A stretch of 64,000 nt of DNA from Nitrospiraceae bacterium (lineage in GTDB: Bacteria > Nitrospirota > Nitrospiria > Nitrospirales > UBA2166): the NCBI GenBank assembly GCA_002726235.1, contig PBSN01000008.1, positions 386,635-450,634 of the forward strand, written 5' to 3'. Shown piece after piece: positions 9,355 to 17,014 of this stretch (the stretch's first letter is position 1; each line of letters opens with the position of its first letter). The translations under genes were made by a program, and so were the position numbers. The notes under the pieces were generated by a model. That model did not search any database and was not told the origin of the DNA. It saw only the letters and a list, made by a program, of their open reading frames with translations.

Positions 9355-9867
9355 CTAACACCCACCAACGGCCACATCTATACTGTGTTCAGTGACCCAT
9401 TTTCCATGCTGATTACACTCCGCAATAACATAAACTGTAGATTCACCAGAATCAATTCGAAGTTGGGTGTACAGATACACTTCGCCATTGTCTGGAGTAA
9501 AACTAAAGGTGCCTTTCCAGATGATTGGATCATGGTAGTCAAGAATTTGCACACTGGTTATGTAATGGTCCTGTTCCATAGGATGGTCCATTGCGACGAT
9601 AATGGGGGCGTTGGCACCATCCTCAACAACATCAGGCATCCGTATCATTGGAATATGCAGCTTCTCAAAAGGAGTTAGGCTCTCTCGGTCACGAGGAAAC
9701 TGAATCAGCTCAGGCAATGTCGACGCGCTCGCCACAGGTCTGCCGAGAAACCCAGATATGCCGAACGCGCCGAGGCTCCCAAACCATGCCCAGAGCATCT
9801 CTCGCCTAGTCAAATTCTTGGCAAATCGAGCCATGGAACGCACCCCATTAAACGAATACTGCCTCAC
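9355..9867 (-). CDS. soxY: SoxY-like carrier with Tat signal and superoxide-reductase-type metal-ligand motifs
   Basis: Tat motif TRREML; PDVVEDGANAPI; C-terminal VAVGGC; also EKLHIP, HPMEQDHYI and CNQHG. Alternative start at 9834. Confidence 0.7.
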   Translation of the reverse strand: MRQYSFNGVRSMARFAKNLTRREMLWAWFGSLGAFGISGFLGRPVASASTLPELIQFPRDRESLTPFEKLHIPMIRMPDVVEDGANAPIIVAMDHPMEQDHYITSVQILDYHDPIIWKGTFSFTPDNGEVYLYTQLRIDSGESTVYVIAECNQHGKWVTEHSIDVAVGGC

Positions 9868-9898
9868 CCATTTATCTCCACAGGTACTAGTAAAATAG

Positions 9899-10729
9899 CT
9901 AGAGCTTCAGATCCCATTTGAGACTTGTTAAGTAAGCATTCACTGCATTGAGTTCATCAGAAGATAAATTGAAACTTGGCATGAAAGTCCGTGGTTTCAT
10001 TTTTTGCGGGTCGGTGAGCCAACTATCCCTCCATTCCGGTCGAATTTTACTTCCCACAAATGTCAGGTCAGGGTAGCCAAAAACACCTCTGGCATCGTCA
10101 TCCTCACCAATGGTGTGGCAGGCTCGACAATCATAGGCATCAGGGGCGGCCAGAGCCTCTCCGATTTTCTCCAACGACTTCCCTGATGAGAGAATTGTGG
10201 CCGGGTCAAAATCAACCTTCAGGGTTTCAAGAAAGGCAATCACATCCGCAACCTCTTGATCACCTGCCCAGTCAAAAACTGGCATCTGAGTCTGTGGAAA
10301 CATTTCCGTGGGATCCCAAATCCAGTTAAACAGCCACTGTTTGCTTCGCCGAGCCGTCACCTGGTTGAGTGTTGGGCCTGTCTCACCCCCAATATATTCA
10401 CCATCTTGCAAGACACTGTGGCATTGAAGACACTGCACACCATCACCCCAGTCCTTTTGGAACAATGCCTCACCGCGCTTTGCATCACCTGCTGGGATCT
10501 CTGCCAATTCTCCTCCAAGCGGACCGGCGGCCGGGGCAAAACGAACCGACGGATGCATATCATCAAACGAAACAACAACTGGCGCCGGCGGTGACGATGA
10601 AGTTGCCTCAGACGTGATTTCTTCAGAATTGGTCGCGCATCCGGCCAACAGAAAGATGCAACCAATCACTAGCGGCACATAGGTTTTCCACGATAACGAT
10701 CGCATTGTTTGCATTTTTGGAATGACCAT
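9899..10729 (-). CDS. Diheme cytochrome c lipoprotein
   Basis: Lipobox LAGC; CLQCH..GPTL..TQMP and CRACH..PDL..TFMP (two class I domains with His/Met ligation). Confidence 0.88.
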   Translation of the reverse strand: MVIPKMQTMRSLSWKTYVPLVIGCIFLLAGCATNSEEITSEATSSSPPAPVVVSFDDMHPSVRFAPAAGPLGGELAEIPAGDAKRGEALFQKDWGDGVQCLQCHSVLQDGEYIGGETGPTLNQVTARRSKQWLFNWIWDPTEMFPQTQMPVFDWAGDQEVADVIAFLETLKVDFDPATILSSGKSLEKIGEALAAPDAYDCRACHTIGEDDDARGVFGYPDLTFVGSKIRPEWRDSWLTDPQKMKPRTFMPSFNLSSDELNAVNAYLTSLKWDLKL

Positions 10730-10768
10730 TGGTTCCTCCCATTATTAATTGTCTTACTTTCATGAATA

Positions 10769-12103
10769 CTACTGCTTAATGGAAATCGCACTAAAGTAAA
10801 TATCGCTACACTGGACTGGGGGACAGGGCGACAACAATCCAGTATCATGTCGTTGATCCGACCACATGACAAGAAAACGTTTTGACTCACTCACAGCAAG
10901 ACTCGGAAAAAGCTGATCTTCTGACCCTCCATCGTCATCAATCTGAACATTTTTTGTAAACGTTTTCCCTCTGTCACGACTCAGGGAGAAAAAAATATCA
11001 AAATTGTCATATCGCTTGTCCTCCCAAACCACACCAATCGTGCCATCGGAGGTAACTGCGATACTCGGATGAAACTGAAAGGCATCAGAAGAGTCATCGC
11101 TCACCTTAATGTTAAGACCAAATGATTTCCCGCCATCGACACTCTTTCCAAAATAAATATCTGGCTGGCTATTATTTCGAAGATCGTGCCAAGCAATATA
11201 TATATGACCTTTCGCATCAACTGCCAGACTTGGGTTGAATTGGTGCGTCTTCGTTTCATCATCACTGACCATCAGATTGCGACTAAATGACTCGCCGCCA
11301 TCAGTGCTTCTTGCAAAGAAAATATCCGCATTGCCTTTCCGATGATCATGCCACGCAAGAACAATCGTCCCGTCCGGACTCACAGCCAACGTTGGGTAGA
11401 GCTGCCCAGCACTGCCAAATTCGTCAGTGACCTTGACATTGCGGCGAAATGTTCGACCTCCATCCATGCTCTTTGAAAAATAGATGTCGGCCTGCGCACG
11501 TCGATAGTCTTGCCATACAACGTAAATCTCCCCTTTAGTTCCTAAAGCAACCATAGGATGTGTTTGAAACGCAGCTGGTTCAACGTATTCAGGATCTCCA
11601 AATTCATCGACTGCAGGCTCGCGGGTTTCATCATCATTCACCTTGACACTCGCAGTGAAGCCCCCAGTAACACCAAGAGAGATACTACGAGCAAAATAAA
11701 TATCCTGATCTCCATCACGTTCGTCTAGCCAAACGACGTACACATGCCCCTGCGCATCAATGGCTGAGGTTGCTCCATACAAATGAGCCTTATCTGGGAT
11801 ATCATTTACACGAACCGACGGAGCGAACGTCGCTCCATCATCTAGGCTTTGGACAGCAAAGATGTTTGATCGCCCTGCCCGCTCATCCGACCACACCGCC
11901 ACAACAAGCTGTTCATCAGTCTCAAGCTTTCGAGATACCAAGCCTCGTTGACCGGCAGACAGCGTCATTGCGGTGACCTTCCCAACGGGATAATCAGAAA
12001 TCCGCATGTTTGACTGGCCTGCTGTTTGTCCCATCCGACCACTCCCAATCCAAAGGATCACTAGTCCAAGCAGGAGAATAATGAGGAAAAAACCGCGTCG
12101 CAA
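10769..12103 (-). CDS. Asp-box (BNR, sialidase-like) beta-propeller, exported or membrane-anchored
   Basis: Seven W-x-D-x-R motifs with DI[FY]F..S.DGG.[ST]F..N..V.DD repeats; hydrophobic N-terminal helix. Confidence 0.8.
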   Translation of the reverse strand: MRRGFFLIILLLGLVILWIGSGRMGQTAGQSNMRISDYPVGKVTAMTLSAGQRGLVSRKLETDEQLVVAVWSDERAGRSNIFAVQSLDDGATFAPSVRVNDIPDKAHLYGATSAIDAQGHVYVVWLDERDGDQDIYFARSISLGVTGGFTASVKVNDDETREPAVDEFGDPEYVEPAAFQTHPMVALGTKGEIYVVWQDYRRAQADIYFSKSMDGGRTFRRNVKVTDEFGSAGQLYPTLAVSPDGTIVLAWHDHRKGNADIFFARSTDGGESFSRNLMVSDDETKTHQFNPSLAVDAKGHIYIAWHDLRNNSQPDIYFGKSVDGGKSFGLNIKVSDDSSDAFQFHPSIAVTSDGTIGVVWEDKRYDNFDIFFSLSRDRGKTFTKNVQIDDDGGSEDQLFPSLAVSESKRFLVMWSDQRHDTGLLSPCPPVQCSDIYFSAISIKQ

Positions 12104-12113
12104 TGGTGGACTA

Positions 12114-12830
12114 CTATTTCAAGCTCTCAAGATATGTCGTAATTGCTGTGATAGCATCCTCAGAGAGATTGAAGTCTGGCATAAACGTTCCCTCGATGAT
12201 ATCGTCGGGGTTCCTCAACCAGATATGCTCCCATTCCCGATAAATCTTACTCCCAACATGGGTCAGGTCGGGATACATCGCCCGACCACCTCCAGCCTCC
12301 CCTTCCCCTATTGTATGACAGGCTCGACAATCATAGGCATTGACCAACACTTCTCCTGCCGCAATGTTCGCACCCCCGTGTTGAGTGATAACAGCCGCGA
12401 CATCAGGCGGCGTTGCAGTGGACATAAGAAACGCGGCAATGTCAGCAGATTGTTGTAGGTTTTCCCATGGAAATTGCGGCATCGGCGTCTCTGGATAAAT
12501 CGATCGCGGTTCATTCACAAATTCGAAAAGATGGTCTTCCGACCTGCGCAACCCAACCTCGGTAAGAGTTGGACCGACTCTTCCACCTGCCAACAATTTA
12601 GAACCATCTGGTTGTGCTTCATACAATGCCTCATGGTCAATGATATGACAATTTACGCAAAGGCTCTTCTTATACAGTTCTACACCCTTTACGGGATCTC
12701 CAACCAGCGGTTGCTCCTCCGCAAATCCAATAGTTCCCCCTAGGAACATGCCACTCAACAATACAGCAGCCCCGACATACCATATTCCTGTCCAGCGCAT
12801 GGAATCGTGTTTCTGTTGCTTCATTGCCAC
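12114..12830 (-). CDS. Diheme cytochrome c, paralog of 9899-10729
   Basis: Signal peptide; CVNCH..GPTL..TPMP and AYDCRACHTIGE..YPDLT.VGSKI..TFMP. Confidence 0.88.
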   Translation of the reverse strand: MAMKQQKHDSMRWTGIWYVGAAVLLSGMFLGGTIGFAEEQPLVGDPVKGVELYKKSLCVNCHIIDHEALYEAQPDGSKLLAGGRVGPTLTEVGLRRSEDHLFEFVNEPRSIYPETPMPQFPWENLQQSADIAAFLMSTATPPDVAAVITQHGGANIAAGEVLVNAYDCRACHTIGEGEAGGGRAMYPDLTHVGSKIYREWEHIWLRNPDDIIEGTFMPDFNLSEDAITAITTYLESLK

Positions 12831-12921
12831 CCTCCTCTAGCAAAGAATTAACGACGTACTATCCGCCCAAGTTTAACAACTCACGTACCGTATAATAGCA
12901 AACTCGCTCGCCCAAAGGGAT

Positions 12922-12963
12922 AAAAAAAGGGGGAGAAGATTTCTTCTCCCCCCCCCTTTTTTT
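12922..12963. terminator. Bidirectional intrinsic terminator after the three Cys-ligated cytochrome genes
   Basis: A7, GGGGGAGAAG stem, short loop, CTTCTCCCCC stem, T7. Confidence 0.75.
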
Positions 12964-12994
12964 CTAGCACTCAGTTGAAACAGGAAACGCGATC

Positions 12995-13639
12995 TTACAT
13001 GGCACCTGCAACCGGACCAGCCGGTAGAATTTTCTTGGCACCTGGTTTCCACTTCTTCCCTTTGCTAAAAGACGAGATATAGTTCGCAAGATCGACTGAG
13101 GCCTGAGTGTTTTGATCAATCCATTGGCCTTTGTTGAACGCCGAAATGCACATATTGTTCATAGCCGGAAGGTTCACCATAAACCCACGACGCGGCCCGC
13201 GTGGCTTCGGAAAGCTTACCGCAGCGCCTTTGAGGGTCGGAATCGACAATTTCGGACGAAACACGAATCCACCGGGTTTAATGACCTCAGTTGTAGCTGC
13301 CCCACCAATTGATCCTCCACCTTCATGACAACTCGCACAACTTTGTCCGGCATTCCCATTACCAAGCGTTGGATCGTGATAGATCTTCTTGCCTCGCTCC
13401 AACGAAGCTTCCATGGTATCTGGGGCGCTATTTTGCATTGCCTTCATTAACTCAGCCACCTCTGCATCCGACAAATACGGATCCGCCATCATTCTGATAT
13501 CTATGGGCTTAGCGTTGGCTAATTTCGCTTCCATTGAATCGGCCCCAATTCCTTTACCGGCACCAGCCGTTGTACCTCCACCTGCACATGACGCGAAAGC
13601 AAACAGAGGTATGGCTAAGAGACTGATATATCGTTTCAT
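12995..13639 (-). CDS. Monoheme cytochrome c with SoxA/TsdA-type distal Cys motif, lipoprotein (paralog 3)
   Basis: Lipobox FASC; GQSCASCH; LKGAAVSFP; NLPAMNNMCISAFNKG; DLANYISSFSKG. Confidence 0.8.
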   Translation of the reverse strand: MKRYISLLAIPLFAFASCAGGGTTAGAGKGIGADSMEAKLANAKPIDIRMMADPYLSDAEVAELMKAMQNSAPDTMEASLERGKKIYHDPTLGNGNAGQSCASCHEGGGSIGGAATTEVIKPGGFVFRPKLSIPTLKGAAVSFPKPRGPRRGFMVNLPAMNNMCISAFNKGQWIDQNTQASVDLANYISSFSKGKKWKPGAKKILPAGPVAGAM

Positions 13640-13696
13640 TTCATCCTCCCATTGTCAGAGATCCTTAAGAACCTCATACCATTACCACATCTTTGC

Positions 13697-14233
13697 TTAT
13701 GGCAAGGTTGGCTTACCACCCGGCTCATACCGCTTTCCTTTGCTCAAACTGGCAACATAGGACTCAAGATCAATCGCCTGGTGAGAATTTCTGTTTAAAG
13801 GTTTCCCCTTCAAAAATGTCATCAGGCACATGTTGTTCATGCCAGCGAGGTCAGTGACGACCTTCATCGGACCTCGCACGGCCGGAAAATGCGCAGCAGC
13901 ACCCTTCAGGGTAGGAATGGCCACCTGCATGGCCTGTCCTTTCCACTTCATCTCTGTCGCACCCCCAACCGATCCACCACCTTCATGGCAACTCGCACAA
14001 CTTTGCCCAGTGGTGTTATGCCCTAGCTTTGGATCATTGAACATTTTATTACCGGCTTTAACAGAATCCTTTAATGTCACGATGTCCATGTCAGCCATGG
14101 TACCCATCCCAACCATGCCGGTTTCCGGTGACAACAACTTCATCCCCGGAAGAGACGCTGCTCCAGCATACGTAACCACCCCGAGCAATATCGCGACGCT
14201 CCCCAAAAGCAAAATAACTTTTGCCATTTTCAT
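13697..14233 (-). CDS. Monoheme cytochrome c with SoxA/TsdA-type distal Cys motif (paralog 2)
   Basis: Signal peptide; GQSCASCH; LKGAAAHFPAVR; DLAGMNNMCLMTFLKGKPL; DLESYVASLSKG. Confidence 0.8.
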   Translation of the reverse strand: MKMAKVILLLGSVAILLGVVTYAGAASLPGMKLLSPETGMVGMGTMADMDIVTLKDSVKAGNKMFNDPKLGHNTTGQSCASCHEGGGSVGGATEMKWKGQAMQVAIPTLKGAAAHFPAVRGPMKVVTDLAGMNNMCLMTFLKGKPLNRNSHQAIDLESYVASLSKGKRYEPGGKPTLP

Positions 14234-14257
14234 CGCATTCCCCCTTAGGTTGGTAGA

Positions 14258-14827
14258 TTACATCGCCCCAGGAATTGGAGTCGGGACGATCTTTTTTCCG
14301 CCAATTTTATACCGTTTTCCCTTGCTGAGAGACCCTATATAAGTCTGAAGATCGACAGCCGGCCGCATGTTTTTGTTCAACGGCAAGCCCTTCATGAAGG
14401 TCATAATGCACATGTTATTCATGTCCCCAAGATCAGCAATCCGCTTCATCGGACCACGAATAGCGGGGAAATTCACCGCAGCGCCTTTCAAGGTTGGAAT
14501 GGCAACCATCATTTTCATGCCCTTCCAATTCATTTCCGCAGCGCCGCCGACCGATCCACCACCACTATGACAGGTTGCGCAAGACTGGCCCGTCTCGTTC
14601 TTACCCAACTTGGGGTTATTGAACATCTTTTCCCCACGCATTAACGAAGCTTCAAGGGTGTCTGGCTTCATGTTCATCATCATTTCTTTCATCTTCATGA
14701 CTTTCTCTTTCGGGATATATGGGTCCGGCATTGCCCCCTTCATACCCTCGCCGGCTATCGCATACAGCGACACCCCAAAGACTGCAACCGCAATCGCGGC
14801 ACTGATCAAAACTACTTTCTTACTCAT
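14258..14827 (-). CDS. Met-rich monoheme cytochrome c with SoxA/TsdA-type distal Cys motif (paralog 1)
   Basis: Signal peptide; GQSCATCH; LKGAAVNFPAIR; DLGDMNNMCIMTFMKGLPL; GGAGGA RBS. Confidence 0.8.
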   Translation of the reverse strand: MSKKVVLISAAIAVAVFGVSLYAIAGEGMKGAMPDPYIPKEKVMKMKEMMMNMKPDTLEASLMRGEKMFNNPKLGKNETGQSCATCHSGGGSVGGAAEMNWKGMKMMVAIPTLKGAAVNFPAIRGPMKRIADLGDMNNMCIMTFMKGLPLNKNMRPAVDLQTYIGSLSKGKRYKIGGKKIVPTPIPGAM

Positions 14828-14923
14828 CAGCTGACGTCCTCCCTTCTTGATCCTGAATTAATTGAACACAAATCTCTACCAATTTACGTCACACCAGAGT
14901 GTAGCAACGCTCACGCAACATCA

Positions 14924-14941
14924 TATATCATTAGTGATATA
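14924..14941. promoter_or_regulatory. Palindromic candidate operator TATATCA-N4-TGATATA
   Basis: Perfect 7-bp inverted repeat immediately downstream of the putative -10 box of the cytochrome cluster. Confidence 0.45.
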
Positions 14942-14948
14942 GCACACA

Positions 14949-14978
14949 AAAGTACCACACGAAATTCAGGCTTGTCAA
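14949..14978 (-). promoter_or_regulatory. Putative sigma70 promoter of the cytochrome/SoxYZ-like cluster
   Basis: Minus strand TTGACA (14978-14973), 18-nt spacer ending in TGG, TACTTT (14954-14949). Confidence 0.55.
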
Positions 14979-15167
14979 GAAATGAATATCCTTCCTCAAA
15001 ATTCACAAATCGTTGTGAAATCACTGCTTTTTATCATCTTTTCATCATCGGAAGTATCCATTCTAGGCACTTCTACCAAGCTTGAAATGCCGACAATTAC
15101 CACCCAGCAATAACAACACCACTTTGCATGTCCATAGCGTTTCCTTTATCATCAGTTATCATCAGTC

Positions 15168-16130
15168 GTGCGCCATCTCGCAAGACATTGGGGACGGTCG
15201 CACCTTTTCCTTTACAGCCCTTATCCTTACTCACAAACAACTAGGCACATCCCATTGAAAGATACGGATACAAGCACCTCTCTTCTCCATTATAGCCCCC
15301 TCCAGCAATACCTTGCAGAGGTGCGCCGATATCCACTTTTGACACGAGAGAAGGAAGCGCGGCTTATCAACGAGTACCGCGAATTTGGAAACCGCGACTC
15401 AGGAATTCAGCTAATTCTAGCAAATTTACGCTTGGTCGTCTCAATTGCCGGTCCCTACGCCCGTCCTGGAATGGAACAGCTTGACCTCATACAAGAAGGC
15501 AATATCGGATTGCTACAAGCCCTCAAACGCTATGACCCGTCAAAGGGCACGCGGTTTGGATCCTATGCGGCATGGTGGATTCGAGCCTATATCTTACGAT
15601 ATGTGGTCGCAAACTTTCGTTTGGTTAAACTTGGAACCACGCAGGATCAGCGAAAGCTCTTCTATAACTTGAAGAAAGAGCGGCAAAAGCTTGAATTGCA
15701 AGGGTTTGTTCCAGACACAAAACTTCTTGCCGACCGCTTGAGCGTGCGCGAGAGGGATATATGGCAAATGGAACAACGTCTCGGAAATCGGGAAATTCCA
15801 CTGCACCAACCACTCGGAAATGATTCCGAGCAGACGCTTCTCGACATCCTCCCTTCCGCAGAAGAGCAGATCGACAAAAAACTTGCGGAAAAGGAACTCA
15901 AGGCGTTGTTTCGGAAAACGTTACGCGAATTTACTGAAACTCTTAACGATCGAGAGCGCTTTATCATGACACATCGCATTCTCTCCGAATCTCCGGTCAC
16001 ACTGGAAGAGCTTGGAAAACGGTTTGGGGTAACAAAAGAAAGGAGCCGCCAATTGCAAAATAGGATTATCGAGAAACTTCGCGACTTTGCAAAAGACAGA
16101 ATTAAGGACTTTGGGCAACTCAGTTTTTAG
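15168..16130 (+). CDS. rpoH: RNA polymerase sigma factor, RpoH (sigma32) type
   Basis: LILANLRLVVSIA, DLIQEGNIGL, SYAAWWIRAYI, RpoH-box-like KLGTTQDQRKLFYNL, region-4 HTH TLEELGKRFGVTKER. True start may be the TTG at 15255. Confidence 0.9.
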   Translation: MRHLARHWGRSHLFLYSPYPYSQTTRHIPLKDTDTSTSLLHYSPLQQYLAEVRRYPLLTREKEARLINEYREFGNRDSGIQLILANLRLVVSIAGPYARPGMEQLDLIQEGNIGLLQALKRYDPSKGTRFGSYAAWWIRAYILRYVVANFRLVKLGTTQDQRKLFYNLKKERQKLELQGFVPDTKLLADRLSVRERDIWQMEQRLGNREIPLHQPLGNDSEQTLLDILPSAEEQIDKKLAEKELKALFRKTLREFTETLNDRERFIMTHRILSESPVTLEELGKRFGVTKERSRQLQNRIIEKLRDFAKDRIKDFGQLSF

Positions 16131-16145
16131 GGTTTAGCCTACCTC

Positions 16146-16982
16146 TCAGGCACCAGTGAAATCACCATCGCTACCACCAGTTGATGGTCCTTGGGATCCT
16201 AAATAAATCATCCCATTCTCAATGTCATCCTTCACTTGCTGAACCCCAAAGTACATAAATTTTGCTTCGTCAGGACATTCGCGGCACAACAATAAACTCC
16301 GTCTGTCCGTTTTATGATGTCGCTGGTCTTGCTGAATCGTCTCAAGAAATTTTGATTCATCCATCTTGATACGAAGTCCACAAAAGTCGAGTAGCCGCTG
16401 TATTTCACACATTGGATCCTGAAAATAGTCATCATAGAAGGTCACGAACATTGGAATCCCAATGCTATGCCTAAATGCGATGTCCATATACTGCTTCCAA
16501 AGGACCATGCCGGACTGAATAGACCACCCATGCCGAGTTGCAAGTGAGTGAGCAACATCCACAGGATTCCGAATCACTAACACCAGACGCAATGCACTAA
16601 CCACACGTCTCCAAAATGGTAGCGTGAGCGTCGTTCGCGGATCTTTCCATCCCCAATGCAATGCCCCACGACGCCCGTATGCCCGATGGAGGATGGCGAC
16701 GGCCTCTTCCATTAGAAGGGGTATGTCCGACGCTCTTTCCCAGCCATTCTGCCATTGAGAAGGTTTCATCCAAGTGCCTCCTTGGGAAGCCAAAAGACGA
16801 TCGTTAAGATCCATAATTTCTCGATTTTCCCAAAAACCTAAAGGATTGTCGTCTTGGGGATCTAAGAATCGTTCTGGATCACCAAGATCAAGCCCCGCAC
16901 GATTGAGAAGACGAGCCACCATTGATGTTCCACTACGATGCATTCCAATGATGCAAATCGCAGATCCAGCAAGAGGTGTCAT
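16146..16982 (-). CDS. Sulfotransferase family protein
   Basis: 5'-PSB GMHRSGTS, DNPLGFWE, WGWKDPR, 3'-PB IRNPVDVAHS. Confidence 0.88.
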   Translation of the reverse strand: MTPLAGSAICIIGMHRSGTSMVARLLNRAGLDLGDPERFLDPQDDNPLGFWENREIMDLNDRLLASQGGTWMKPSQWQNGWERASDIPLLMEEAVAILHRAYGRRGALHWGWKDPRTTLTLPFWRRVVSALRLVLVIRNPVDVAHSLATRHGWSIQSGMVLWKQYMDIAFRHSIGIPMFVTFYDDYFQDPMCEIQRLLDFCGLRIKMDESKFLETIQQDQRHHKTDRRSLLLCRECPDEAKFMYFGVQQVKDDIENGMIYLGSQGPSTGGSDGDFTGA

Positions 16983-17014
16983 ATGTCCACGGCCATGGCA
17001 GACAGAATCATCTG

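Noticed and set aside
9334..9357. Stop-codon read-through (Sec/Pyl) restoring a GGCGG tail on the SoxY-like protein
   Set aside because: The stop is TAG, not TGA, and read-through would add TGRRVV rather than GG. The protein most simply ends at GGC.
13830..14342. 170-aa plus-strand ORF and similar antisense ORFs (e.g. 25607-26215, 24907-25437, 34758-35279, 37653-38204)
   Set aside because: Shadow or alternative frames of well-supported genes, with no motifs of their own.
12995..14827. Calling the three cytochromes soxA or tsdA
   Set aside because: Each is a single short heme domain lacking the second domain and the Arg at -4 from the Cys, so only domain-level resemblance is supported.
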